NCBI GenBank assembly: GCA_044359285.1
Contig: JBIKMI010000001.1
Location: forward strand, 1-42,038
DNA: 42,038 nucleotides
Reading direction: 5' to 3'
From: Kiritimatiellia bacterium
GTDB taxonomy: Bacteria > Verrucomicrobiota > Kiritimatiellia > CAIKKV01 > CAITUY01
Part shown: one piece after another, positions 9,722-18,991 of the stretch
Numbering within the stretch: position 1 is the first letter of the stretch
Layout of the letters: each line of letters opens with the position of its first letter
The notes under the pieces: generated by a model
What the model was told of the DNA's origin: nothing
Seen by the model: the letters and a program-made list of their open reading frames with translations, nothing else
Database searches by the model: none
Translations under genes and position numbers: made by a program

Positions 9722-12271
9722 CTACTTCATCAGCCGCTGCGTCGCCGTCGCCATCTTCACCAGATCTTGAACCTGCCGGTCTACCTTCATCTCCATCCCA
9801 ACGGGCCCCAGTACCGCCACAACCTCGGCCATCCCCGTCGCTTTGGAAATCGGATCGTTCCGCAAGGCGCCCGCCAGTTCCGCCACACCCGCCGCCAACC
9901 GGAACCGCACTGGAGCCACTCCGAAATCCGCATACCGGTCCCCCGCCCGGATGGGCTCTGCCAGTTCCTCCACCTGCCCGGTCGCCACATCCTGCCACCG
10001 AACCCGGACCACCCCCAACGCATCCCCGGTATTCCCGGCCAGTTCAACCTCATATAACGCCGTCGCACTCTGCCCTGACCCCACCTCTCCTGCATCGACC
10101 CGGTCATCTCGGAATTGTTCTTTTGTAAGTTGCCGATTCTCGTATCCGAGCTGACGATAGGACTTCACGCGGCTGGGATCAAACTCCACCTGTATCTTCA
10201 CATCCTTCGCAATAACCTGGAACGATGCCGAAAGATCATCCACAAACGCCCGCCGCACCTCCGCCGCCGAATCGATGAACCGGTAGATGCCATCCCCTTT
10301 GTCCGCCAGGGATTCCAACATGGCATCGTTGTATGTCCCCTGCCCGAACCCGTAGACCGAGCAGTAGATTCCCTGCTTCCGGTAGCTTTCCACTTGCTTC
10401 AGGATTTCATCCGCCGTCGCTGCCCCCAGATTGGCAACCCCGTCGGATAACAGAATCACTCGGTTAAGGCATCCACTCCCGAAGTGCCGTGCCGCCGTCT
10501 CATAACCCAATCGGAGCCCTCCCTCAAGGTGGGTTGACCCTTGAGTTTCCAGGCCCGCCACTGCCGCCAGTACCGCCGTCTTGTCCGTTATTGGAGTCAT
10601 GTCTAACACTAGCCGGGCACCCGATCCGAAGGTCACAATGGCTAGACGGTCCGCCGGCCCTAATCCATCCGCCAGCATGCCTATTGCCTGCTTCATCAGC
10701 CCGATCCGGTCCGGCGTATTCATTGAGCCGGAGGTGTCCACCACCAGCGTCAACACCGATGCCTTCTGCTGGTCCCGCCCCAACACTTTCCCTCTCACCC
10801 CGATCCTCAGCAACTCCAACCCCGGCCGGAACGGTGATCGCGCCCGGTCGGCAATGACAGCGAACGTCTTCTTCTCCGGCGCCCGGTAATCCTGATCAAA
10901 GGCGTTGATGAACTCCTCCACCCGCACCGTTGCCGGTGTCGGCAACCGCCCGCTCAGCAAAGCCCGCCGCGCCATCGTAAAGGACGCCGTATCTACATCG
11001 ATGGCAAAGGTAGAGAGCGGCATCGCCGCGGCGTCGATAATTTCGTTGTACTGGATCGGCACCTCGACATCTGCGTTCACCATCAGTAGTTCGTCAGAGG
11101 CTTCCTTCAGTTCCTGCGCCTTCTCACAACGCTTCTCGTCGACCAACTGCGATTCGCCGGCAAGCTTATTAAGGGCTTCGATCTTCTGGGGAGCGATGAC
11201 ACGGGACTGCCGTTCGACTCTGGCAAGGCAACGTTGATTCTCCTTCACCTTCATAACGCCAGCACCCAAGCTCATCAACCTCTTCCTCTCAGGCGCTGCT
11301 TCCAGGCGATCACCTTCGTCCCTCTTGCGATCAGCACATTCCATTTCCACACTTGGCACCCCGTCTTCCTTTGCCATGTCACAGGCCAGTGCCGATTGCA
11401 TTTGCACTAGTGACGGCTTTTCTTCTGTTGCTTCCTGCACCGCTTGACATGCCTGTCCTGCCTGTCCTGCCTGCTTGAATTGCACCTCCAGTACTACTTT
11501 CTCTACCTTGTCCTCTTGTTTTTGCTCGATTGGCACCATTGCCATCATTTGCTCCGCGATTTTCTCTCCGGAATCAGTTGCTGCCTTCTCGGCATTATAA
11601 ACCTTCCTCCCGCCAAAATAGGTGCGCGTTTCTATGCGTCCAGCCGCCGCACGGCTGACCTCCCCCACCTGCTCTTGAGGCGTCGACAATGGACCAATCT
11701 CATCCAGCAGCATGGTGGCTGGCGTGCCATCCCGCCCATCCATTCCAGCCAGCAGCATCCTTTGGGAATGCCTTTCCGGTGCCGGCGGTGTTGTTCCTGG
11801 CCTTGTAGCGTCTGGAGCTTCTTCCGATAATCCGCTGACATCACGATCGGCAGACGCACTTGACTCAACTACGGCACAGGCCGGCGCCATATCCTTCATC
11901 CTCTGCTCACAGCGCACCGACACATCCCGGGCTTTCGATCTGCTCGTACTCAGCGCCGGCATCAGCATCCCCGCCAGCCCACCCAGCGCCAACACCAGTG
12001 CCGCCGCCTTTAATAACCACCATCCGGTTCCGGCCTTCTGCTTCCGCGATAGCATGATCCGCCCGCGATGCAAATCATCCAGCCTCAAGGTCTGCTGACG
12101 GGCCGCCGTGAACCCCTCCACCAGCACCCCCAGCGTCCCCTCCATCTCCTCCCGCATGGCCCGGCAAGACGCACACTGTTGCACATGCGCCCCGACCTGT
12201 TCCGCCACAGTCGGAGCCAGGTCCCCGCGAAGGTCATCCACTAGCAAAAGTTCCACTTGATCGCATTTCAT
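9722..12271 (-). CDS. Anti-sigma factor (zf-HC2) fused to a YfbK-like von Willebrand factor A domain protein
   Basis: N-terminal zf-HC2 motif HVQQCASCRAM. One TM helix (WWLLKAAALVLALGGLAGMLMPAL). About 300 aa of acidic, Q/K-rich linker. vWA N-terminal region (STFAIDVDTASFTMARRALLSGRLPTPATVRVEEFINAF). MIDAS motif VVDTSGSM. DUF3520-like tail. The preferred ATG at 12271 (MKCDQVELLL) overlaps the sigma-factor stop as ATGA. Confidence 0.8.
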   Translation of the reverse strand: MKCDQVELLLVDDLRGDLAPTVAEQVGAHVQQCASCRAMREEMEGTLGVLVEGFTAARQQTLRLDDLHRGRIMLSRKQKAGTGWWLLKAAALVLALGGLAGMLMPALSTSRSKARDVSVRCEQRMKDMAPACAVVESSASADRDVSGLSEEAPDATRPGTTPPAPERHSQRMLLAGMDGRDGTPATMLLDEIGPLSTPQEQVGEVSRAAAGRIETRTYFGGRKVYNAEKAATDSGEKIAEQMMAMVPIEQKQEDKVEKVVLEVQFKQAGQAGQACQAVQEATEEKPSLVQMQSALACDMAKEDGVPSVEMECADRKRDEGDRLEAAPERKRLMSLGAGVMKVKENQRCLARVERQSRVIAPQKIEALNKLAGESQLVDEKRCEKAQELKEASDELLMVNADVEVPIQYNEIIDAAAMPLSTFAIDVDTASFTMARRALLSGRLPTPATVRVEEFINAFDQDYRAPEKKTFAVIADRARSPFRPGLELLRIGVRGKVLGRDQQKASVLTLVVDTSGSMNTPDRIGLMKQAIGMLADGLGPADRLAIVTFGSGARLVLDMTPITDKTAVLAAVAGLETQGSTHLEGGLRLGYETAARHFGSGCLNRVILLSDGVANLGAATADEILKQVESYRKQGIYCSVYGFGQGTYNDAMLESLADKGDGIYRFIDSAAEVRRAFVDDLSASFQVIAKDVKIQVEFDPSRVKSYRQLGYENRQLTKEQFRDDRVDAGEVGSGQSATALYEVELAGNTGDALGVVRVRWQDVATGQVEELAEPIRAGDRYADFGVAPVRFRLAAGVAELAGALRNDPISKATGMAEVVAVLGPVGMEMKVDRQVQDLVKMATATQRLMK

Positions 12272-12774
12272 GGCCGATCCCCCCCATTCTGGACAGCACT
12301 CGTCGGCTTCACCCATTTCCCGAGCTTCCGCACCGCATGATGTAGCAGGCACCCCACATTCCCCTCGCTCCGTCCCGTGATCCTGCTGATTTCCTGATAC
12401 GAAAGCCCCTCCTGCAGCCGTAGCAACACCACCTGTCGTTCCGCTTCAGGCAACCGCCCCACCGCCCCCATCACCACTTCCATCCGAGCATCCTCCGTCA
12501 TGCCCGGCGGGTCAGCGGCCGCACAGGCTTCGGCCTGTCTCGCATGCAGGAAGAACCGCCGTTTTTCCCGTCGCAAATGATCAATCGCCTCGTTATGAGC
12601 CACACGATACAGCCATGACCTGATGGAGGCCGACGGCTGCATCCCCGGCTGCCATTGTCTGAATAGCTTGATGAAGACATTCTGAACCACATCCTGGGCA
12701 GCATGGGAATCGCCAACAATTCCGATGGCATACCGCAACAGGCAGCTCTCGTGCGTGGCAATCAGGTGTTCCAT
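12268..12774 (-). CDS. ECF (sigma-24 type) RNA polymerase sigma factor
   Basis: Region 2: AAQDVVQNVFIKLFRQW...WLYRVAHNEAIDHLRREKRR. Region 4: LSYQEISRITGRSEGNVGCLLHHAVRKL. The ATG at 12774 is preceded by GGAG; the track start at 12849 has no SD. Confidence 0.85.
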   Translation of the reverse strand: MEHLIATHESCLLRYAIGIVGDSHAAQDVVQNVFIKLFRQWQPGMQPSASIRSWLYRVAHNEAIDHLRREKRRFFLHARQAEACAAADPPGMTEDARMEVVMGAVGRLPEAERQVVLLRLQEGLSYQEISRITGRSEGNVGCLLHHAVRKLGKWVKPTSAVQNGGDRP

Positions 12775-13026
12775 ATCCTGCTCCCCTGAATCGAGAGCGT
12801 CTTTTTCAATTGAGCTTCCGCGACGTTCTTTCACCGGCCAAGTCCTCATAAAAAAGCGCTTCTATTGATACAACGTGTGTCGGCCCCATAATCTTCAGAA
12901 AACGTTTGTTCACTCATCAAGGCGGCAGATGGCGCGATTCCACGCACTTCCCACCGCCAGGAAAGAAGCGCATTCGGCCATGTACTACCCGCTCTCTCAT
13001 GGTCTTACCCCAGCCAACGGCCGGAG

Positions 13027-14178
13027 TTATGGCAGGAATTTACCGCGTTTCAGCTTCTCTGGCAGGTAGGTCTCCAGTACGTAGTTCAGGCCGTGCTTGG
13101 CAAAGGCCTGCTGCTCAACACGGACGCCCATTTTCAACATCTGATTGAGCGTGTCCTGCCACTCCTTGTGGTGCTTGATGAAGGGGTCGTTTTTCAAGGC
13201 GTCCTTTGCCCGCTTGATATCCACCTCTTCCAGCGGATGCGTGGCATCCTGCAAGCCGAAATCCAGGATGTCCTGCGGGGTCACTCCCAAATAACGGGCC
13301 TGCGGCACACAGAAGAACTTATTGATGTGAGCCGCCTGCCCGGAGCCCACCTTCAAGGTCCGGTAGATGTTGCAATACCCGTAGGGATCCCCGTCGGTAA
13401 ACACCAGCACCGGCAACTTCTGATCGTCGGCGAGCCGCCGGATAAAACGCCGGCAGGCCCGGGTCGGCACCCCGCTCATCGAAATGAGCACACACTTGGC
13501 GGTTTCATAATAGCGGTGATGCACCAGACGTTGAAAGAGCGAGGAGGTCTCGATCACCAGGATGAACTTGGCGGTGGACTCGAATTTCAGATGCTCCACC
13601 CGTGACGGAATACTCCAGGCGCCTGAGCCCAGCTTGGCACAGTTGATCTTCACCACCTCGCCGGTGGCGGGATTCTGGTCAATCACGATCAACGGACCGG
13701 TCACATCGCCGCCCCGCTCCTCGGGAATGTAGCCGATCTGCTCGCGGTTGACCCCCAGCATGGCCTCCATGTCGTCCAGCAGCGTATCGCTTTCAGGCTG
13801 CTCCTCGAACCGGCATTCACCCCAGCTCTTGCTGTTGTAATAGATCTCACGCTTTCCGGCGATGTCGTTCTTGTCGATCAAGTCCTTCTTGGTCGTTGCC
13901 AGCAACCGCATGGTCTGGGCAAAGGCCTTGACGGTATTGTAGCTGAGCGTTCGCGTCGATGTCTTGCCCCGGATCTCAAAGTAGCCGGCCTTGGGGTCAT
14001 ATTTCACGTTGGCCAGTGACCGGATGGGAAACTTCATCGAGGGCTTCTTCATCTTCTTGATGATGTCGTTATAGACATCACGGCCGACGGAAAGGATTTT
14101 ATCCGCCACGCCCTGCCGGGAAATCATGAGCGACGCCTCGCCTGTGCTCTTGGTTTTTCTGGTTGTCTTTTTTGCCAT
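13027..14178 (-). CDS. top6A: DNA topoisomerase VI subunit A (Spo11/Top6A family)
   Basis: 383 aa. Putative catalytic Tyr context (GKREIYY). Toprim motifs LVIETSS and VFTDGDPYG. The C-terminus (GVRVEQQAFAKHGL) is typical of Top6A. Confidence 0.9.
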   Translation of the reverse strand: MAKKTTRKTKSTGEASLMISRQGVADKILSVGRDVYNDIIKKMKKPSMKFPIRSLANVKYDPKAGYFEIRGKTSTRTLSYNTVKAFAQTMRLLATTKKDLIDKNDIAGKREIYYNSKSWGECRFEEQPESDTLLDDMEAMLGVNREQIGYIPEERGGDVTGPLIVIDQNPATGEVVKINCAKLGSGAWSIPSRVEHLKFESTAKFILVIETSSLFQRLVHHRYYETAKCVLISMSGVPTRACRRFIRRLADDQKLPVLVFTDGDPYGYCNIYRTLKVGSGQAAHINKFFCVPQARYLGVTPQDILDFGLQDATHPLEEVDIKRAKDALKNDPFIKHHKEWQDTLNQMLKMGVRVEQQAFAKHGLNYVLETYLPEKLKRGKFLP

Positions 14179-14188
14179 AAATGCCTCG

Positions 14189-15877
14189 TCAGGTTTCCAG
14201 ATGCGACCGCTCCAACATGGTTTGCAGGGTCTTCACGACACGCGCCTCATCCTTATCGGGCAAATCGAGAATGTCCTTCAGTCCGAGCGCCAGATGCGGG
14301 ATGTACTTCACGATATAGGAGCGCTTGCGCTCCGCCTCATGCTCCCGGTTGCGCCGGTTGAGGTGGACGGAGAGGCGTCGTCCGCATTCCTGCATACAGA
14401 AGGTAATCTCGCGGATAATCTCGGGGTAATGGGCAATCGCCTCCTTGCTCTCGCTCGTGAAGGGCACCCACACACTGGCAATATGCACCATCATCACCGC
14501 GGGCCCGATGGGCAGTGAGCCACGGGGTTGCGGCAACCCGTAATTCTTCCAGTTGACGGCGGTAATGGCCTTGGTGATGGCGCAGGCCCCTCCCATATAA
14601 AGCAGGGGAACCCGGTTGGCAAAACGGAGCAGCCGCACGGGATCCTCGGCACTGAGCCCCTCATTCTCGCCCGGCTTGGCAAAGGCCATGCCGACCTCGA
14701 CCTGGAAGGGATTCCCGCGGTACACCGTGGGATCGCGGGTGACGGCGGTGATGAACTCCGCCTGGATCTCCTTGGCCAGTCCCCCCTTGATCAACTCCTC
14801 ACCAATGGGCGAGAGGCAGTCCGTCGGCGGACGCATCAGCTTCGTTTCATTCACCGCCTTGAACAGGACTTCAATCTCGCGGTTGGCGATCCGGCGCGGA
14901 TTTGCCTTGGGCTCCAGCCCGGCCCGTGTGCAGATGTCCAGGGCCGTCTGACTGCTGACCCGCGAGAAATCCTCCGACAGGGCGCCTCGCAGGGTGTGCG
15001 ATTCGGTGTCACGCAACATCTGCATCAACATCCCCAGCTCGACCCCATGGGGATGCGGCTTGATCTCAACCGGCGGCGTGGGCAGTTGATTCGCCAGTCG
15101 CATCCAGGACGTCCACTGTCCCTCCACCAGCGGCGCCGCGGTCTCCTCCCCGGCCTCCCCCTCCTTATTCATCAGGTTGATGCGGTAATGCAGTTGCAGA
15201 TGCGGATTGGAGATCAGGCACTGGCGCAGGAACTCATCCACCGAGAGCTTACCCCGGAAATATTGTGCCTCCATCTCAATCATCACGGAGGTCCCATGCG
15301 CCAGAGCCTCCGGCGCCACCGGGACCCCATCCGCATCGATACGCGGAAATGTGGGGTGCCAATCCAGCTCCACATCCTTGAGAATCGACGGGGTGTTTTT
15401 CCGGGTATCGATCTGGACCTCAATGTGATGGGCCTGCTTCGCCCGCGGCAGTTTGGAAAGGATCCGCGTCGCCTTCCCGGTCGTCAGCTGCCCGTACATG
15501 CCGGCCGCACTGATCCCGATCCCCTGCTGACCGCGTGACATCCGTAACCGGTGGAACTTGGAGCCATACAACAGTTTGGCGAAGATCCGGGGCACTTGCT
15601 GGCGCATGACACCCGGCCCGTTATCCGTCACCTCCATCCGGAAGCGCTTGCCGCCGGACTGGGTGATTTCGACGCTGATTTCCGGCAGGATGCCCGCCTC
15701 TTCGCAGGCGTCCAGCGAGTTGTCCACCGCTTCCTTGACGGCCGTCAGCAGGGCCTTGCGCGGGCTGTCGAACCCGAGCAGGTGCCGGTTTTTCAGGAAA
15801 AATTCGGACACCGAAATCTCGCGCTGTTGACGCGACATCGTTTCCGCGGTGGCCTTGGTTGCAGGGGGTTTTGCCAT
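14189..15877 (-). CDS. top6B: DNA topoisomerase VI subunit B (GHKL/Bergerat ATPase)
   Basis: EFFLKNRHLLGFD, N-box KEAVDNSLDA, G1 box VTDNGPGV, KLLYGSKF, G2 box SRGQQGIGISAA. The ATG at 15877 is preceded by GGGAGA. It ends 10 nt upstream of top6A. Confidence 0.9.
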   Translation of the reverse strand: MAKPPATKATAETMSRQQREISVSEFFLKNRHLLGFDSPRKALLTAVKEAVDNSLDACEEAGILPEISVEITQSGGKRFRMEVTDNGPGVMRQQVPRIFAKLLYGSKFHRLRMSRGQQGIGISAAGMYGQLTTGKATRILSKLPRAKQAHHIEVQIDTRKNTPSILKDVELDWHPTFPRIDADGVPVAPEALAHGTSVMIEMEAQYFRGKLSVDEFLRQCLISNPHLQLHYRINLMNKEGEAGEETAAPLVEGQWTSWMRLANQLPTPPVEIKPHPHGVELGMLMQMLRDTESHTLRGALSEDFSRVSSQTALDICTRAGLEPKANPRRIANREIEVLFKAVNETKLMRPPTDCLSPIGEELIKGGLAKEIQAEFITAVTRDPTVYRGNPFQVEVGMAFAKPGENEGLSAEDPVRLLRFANRVPLLYMGGACAITKAITAVNWKNYGLPQPRGSLPIGPAVMMVHIASVWVPFTSESKEAIAHYPEIIREITFCMQECGRRLSVHLNRRNREHEAERKRSYIVKYIPHLALGLKDILDLPDKDEARVVKTLQTMLERSHLET

Positions 15878-15903
15878 GTGACTATCTCCCAAATACGGTC
15901 AGC

Positions 15904-16707
15904 TCATGTCCGGCCAAGTTCACGACTACGCCGGGCAGCCGCCTGAATGGTGCGCTCCAGCGTTTCAGCCAGCGCCGGGGTTTCCAATACCTCACGCCCC
16001 GCCGCCGTGGTCCCCTTGGCCGAGGTCACGGCCGAGGCCAGTTCCAGCGGGGTCATGGGCTTCTGCAGCAGCAACTGGGCCGTTCCCGCCATGGTCTGGG
16101 CCGCCAGGATCAGGGCCTGCTCCCGGGGCAGTCCCTCCTTGACCGCGCCCTCCACCAGCCGGTCCAGCAGATAGGCAAAAAAGGCCGGACCGGACCCGCT
16201 CAGGGCCGTCACGGCATCGAAAAGGGATTCAGGGATTTCAAGCGCACGACCGCAGCAGTCCAGCATGCTCGCCACCAACGCGCCATCCTCCGCTGACGCA
16301 CGGCTACCCCGCGTATAGGCATTCATGCCGGCCCCGACCAGACAAGCCAGGTTCGGCATTACGCGGATCACCCGCCCTGCGGGCAGCAGGGACTCCATAT
16401 ACAAGGTGGTTTTGCCGGCGGCGATAGAGACCAGCAGGTGTTCTTTCGTAATCAGGGTGGCCAAATCGCTCAACACCGCGCCCAGTTGTTGCGGCTTCAC
16501 CGCCAGCACACAAACCGGCGCCAGCGCCACCACCTCGGAATTAGAAAGCGTCGTGCGGACGCCATACTCCCGGCCGACCGCCGCGAGCCGGTCGCCACTG
16601 ATATCCGACACCACGATTTCGCCCGGCTTGGCAAACCGGTTTGCAATCAACCCGGACAGCATGGCCTCCGCCATTTTGCCCGCCCCGATAAACCCGATTT
16701 TATGCAT
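15904..16707 (-). CDS. proC: Pyrroline-5-carboxylate reductase
   Basis: MHKIGFIGAGKMAEAMLSGLI Rossmann N-terminus and a ProC-like C-terminal dimerisation region (SAKGTTAAG). The start at 16707 lies just after the upstream stop (16712). Confidence 0.9.
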   Translation of the reverse strand: MHKIGFIGAGKMAEAMLSGLIANRFAKPGEIVVSDISGDRLAAVGREYGVRTTLSNSEVVALAPVCVLAVKPQQLGAVLSDLATLITKEHLLVSIAAGKTTLYMESLLPAGRVIRVMPNLACLVGAGMNAYTRGSRASAEDGALVASMLDCCGRALEIPESLFDAVTALSGSGPAFFAYLLDRLVEGAVKEGLPREQALILAAQTMAGTAQLLLQKPMTPLELASAVTSAKGTTAAGREVLETPALAETLERTIQAAARRSRELGRT

Positions 16708-16711
16708 AAGA

Positions 16712-17758
16712 TTATTTCCCGTTAAAGTAACCCGACCCCTTGAGAAGGCCCTGCATCGCCCTGTCATAGGGCTTCAAGATCAGGCCGCTCCCGGGAAAGC
16801 GCACAAACGTGGCCACCACCAGCAGGGTCGTGTACAAGATCATGAAAATCAGCATCGTGGTGCCAAGCGCCCCGCGAATCCCGCGTGAAAGGGGGCGTGT
16901 CGCCGGGGAGGCGTTGGCCTCGGACGGCTCCCAGTCCGCGGGAAGGCGATCATTGATCTCCCCCCGCTCATAGGCGGTCAACACCTCCAACACGCCGTCC
17001 AAATTGGGCTCCGAGGCGATATGCCCATGGGTCCGGTGGACGGTTTCCACCACTTCAGGGGCGGCATTGGCCGGACAGGCGGTAAGGCAAGGCGGCTCAA
17101 TCTCCATCATGCTGATATCATTAAAACCGTCGCCAACCACCAGAATCATTGAATTAGCAATCCCCAGATGCCGGGCCAATTCCGCCACCGCCAGCCCCTT
17201 GGTAAACGGAATCACGCGCACCGTGATCTCGAGCGGCGATTGAAACACCTGTAAATGCTTATAGGGCTCGACCTCAGCCCGGAGCACCTTGGCCCCGTAG
17301 GCGGCGGCCCCTTCGTCATCAAACCGGAAGCTCAGCCGTTGCCGGTTGAGCACCATGGTCCGGGCAAAGGGATTTTGGGACAGGACAGCCTTCCTGATTT
17401 TCGGGAGGGCCCGTCGCACAACCAGGGTATCCCGCCACTCGAGCCAGAGAATCCGGAGGTTCCAGATCCAATGCGGCAGGAATCCCCACTTTTTGCACTC
17501 AAAAATATAGGCGTGATTGATGATCACAAAGTCCGGCGAGATGCCGAAAATGCGCATGGGCCTGAAAATATGCTTATAGCCACCCAGACTGCGCCCCGTG
17601 CAGACCACCCAGATTATCCCATAGGCCGAGCGGAGTTCAGCAATCCGGTCGCGGAAGGCGCGGTACTGCTCAAACTCCCGATGCTGCCCCATCAGCGTGC
17701 CATCGGCATCGGTGACGAACATCCGGATCCGCTTGAGACTATTTTCAGAAGGGCTCAT
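16712..17758 (-). CDS. HAD-IIB (Cof-like) family hydrolase with a C-terminal membrane anchor
   Basis: Motif I MFVTDADGTL. Motif IV VVGDGFNDISMM. C-terminal hydrophobic helix LGTTMLIFMILYTTLLVVATFV. Confidence 0.65.
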   Translation of the reverse strand: MSPSENSLKRIRMFVTDADGTLMGQHREFEQYRAFRDRIAELRSAYGIIWVVCTGRSLGGYKHIFRPMRIFGISPDFVIINHAYIFECKKWGFLPHWIWNLRILWLEWRDTLVVRRALPKIRKAVLSQNPFARTMVLNRQRLSFRFDDEGAAAYGAKVLRAEVEPYKHLQVFQSPLEITVRVIPFTKGLAVAELARHLGIANSMILVVGDGFNDISMMEIEPPCLTACPANAAPEVVETVHRTHGHIASEPNLDGVLEVLTAYERGEINDRLPADWEPSEANASPATRPLSRGIRGALGTTMLIFMILYTTLLVVATFVRFPGSGLILKPYDRAMQGLLKGSGYFNGK

Positions 17759-17765
17759 ACGACTA

Positions 17766-17805
17766 AAAAAACGGGCCGGCCTGCTCTTCAGCGTGCCGGC
17801 CCGTG
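17766..17805 (-). terminator. Intrinsic terminator downstream of the acyl-CoA dehydrogenase gene
   Basis: Minus-strand reading: ACGGGCCGGC-loop-GCCGGCCCGT followed by TTTTTTT. It lies 26 nt after the stop at 17831. Confidence 0.6.
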
Positions 17806-17830
17806 ACTCAAGACCTTGCTCTTAAACGGC

Positions 17831-18991
17831 TCATTTCTTGGCTGCCGCGGATTCCTTGATCAGGTTCAAGGCGATCACTTCGCGCTGAATCTGATTGGTC
17901 CCTTCATAGATCTGCGTGATCTTCGCATCGCGCATCATCTTCTCAACGGGATACTCCTTCATATAGCCATACCCGCCGAGGATCTGCACGGCATCCGTGG
18001 TCACCTTCATCGCGGTATCGGAGGCAAACAACTTGCACATGGCTGATACCTTGCTGATATCCTTCGCCCCGGTATCAATGTAGCGCGCGGCGCCATAAAT
18101 CAGGGCGCGGGCGGCCTCCACCTGGGTGGCCATATCCGCCAGCATGAACTGCACGCCCTGGAAGGCGCCGATCGGCTTGCCGAACTGACGGCGCTGACGG
18201 CTGTAGGCGACGGCCTCATCCAGCGCACCGGCGGCAATACCGAGCGCCTGGGCGGCGACTCCGGGCCGGGAGCTATCCAGCGTCTTCATGGCCACAATAA
18301 AGCCCATGCCTTCCTTGCCCAGCAGATTGGCCTTGGGAATGCGGCAATCCTGGAACACCAGTTCGCGGGTCGCGGACGCGCGGATCCCCATCTTGTTCTC
18401 CTTCTTGCCGAAGGTGAAACCCGGGGTCCCCTTCTCCACCACAAAAGCCGAGGCACCCCGTGCGCCCTTGGCCTTGTTGGTCATCGCCACCACGGTATAG
18501 ATCTCAGCCTCACCGCCATTGGTGATCCACTGCTTGGTGCCATTCAACACATAGTGATCGCCATCAAGCACGGCGGTGGTCGTGATGCCACCGGCATCCG
18601 ACCCGGCATTCGCCTCGGTCAAACCGAAGGCCGCCAGCGCCTTTCCGGAAGCAATACGGGGCAGGTACTTCTTCTTCTGCTCATCGGTCCCGAACAGGAT
18701 GATCGGGAACGTGCCCAGCGCGGTTGCCGCCAAAGCCAGCGCAATGCCGGAACACACCTTGGAAAGCTCTTCCACCGTCACCGCCAGCTCCATGATCCCG
18801 CCGCCCATGCCGCCGTATTCCTCACCGATATAGACGCCGCACAGGTCCGCATCGGCAAACACCTTTACAATTTCATGGGGAAATTCATTGGCTTCATCAT
18901 AATGCTCGCGAATCGGCTTGATTTTCTCCTGTGCCACTTGCCGACAAAGATCACGAATCATCACCTGCGCTTCAGTTAAACCATAATCCAT
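17831..18991 (-). CDS. Acyl-CoA dehydrogenase (short-chain, butyryl-CoA dehydrogenase-like)
   Basis: MDYGLTEAQVMIRDLCRQVAQEKI..., GLTEANAGSDAGG, QILGGYGYMKEYPVEKMMRDAKITQIYEGTNQIQR. I chose the internal ATG at 18991; the N-terminal extension in the track ORF is not ACAD-like. Confidence 0.9.
   Translation of the reverse strand: MDYGLTEAQVMIRDLCRQVAQEKIKPIREHYDEANEFPHEIVKVFADADLCGVYIGEEYGGMGGGIMELAVTVEELSKVCSGIALALAATALGTFPIILFGTDEQKKKYLPRIASGKALAAFGLTEANAGSDAGGITTTAVLDGDHYVLNGTKQWITNGGEAEIYTVVAMTNKAKGARGASAFVVEKGTPGFTFGKKENKMGIRASATRELVFQDCRIPKANLLGKEGMGFIVAMKTLDSSRPGVAAQALGIAAGALDEAVAYSRQRRQFGKPIGAFQGVQFMLADMATQVEAARALIYGAARYIDTGAKDISKVSAMCKLFASDTAMKVTTDAVQILGGYGYMKEYPVEKMMRDAKITQIYEGTNQIQREVIALNLIKESAAAKK

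Noticed and set aside
9032-10057. Long plus-strand ORFs lying antisense to strong minus-strand genes. Examples: 9032-10057, 14528-15538, 20684-21682, 22944-23657, 24539-25294, 26815-27597, 29542-30276, 30750-31445, 31912-32808.
   Set aside because: They are R/P/H/G-rich and low-complexity with no recognisable motifs. Each sits opposite a CDS with clear family signatures (ClpB, Top6B, NuoF and others). These are the typical shadow ORFs of high-GC DNA.
12775-12930. Searched for an autoregulated ECF promoter (GGAAC-N16-17-CGTC type) upstream of the sigma gene
   Set aside because: GAAC and CGTC/CGAC elements occur (e.g. AAAGAACGTCGC, TGAACAAACG) but none at canonical spacing, so I cannot call a promoter.
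13027-15877. Topo VI genes as part of a defence or mobile island
   Set aside because: They are flanked by housekeeping genes (proC, the HAD hydrolase gene). No integrase, repeats or compositional break are visible, and the subunit sizes and motifs are canonical.
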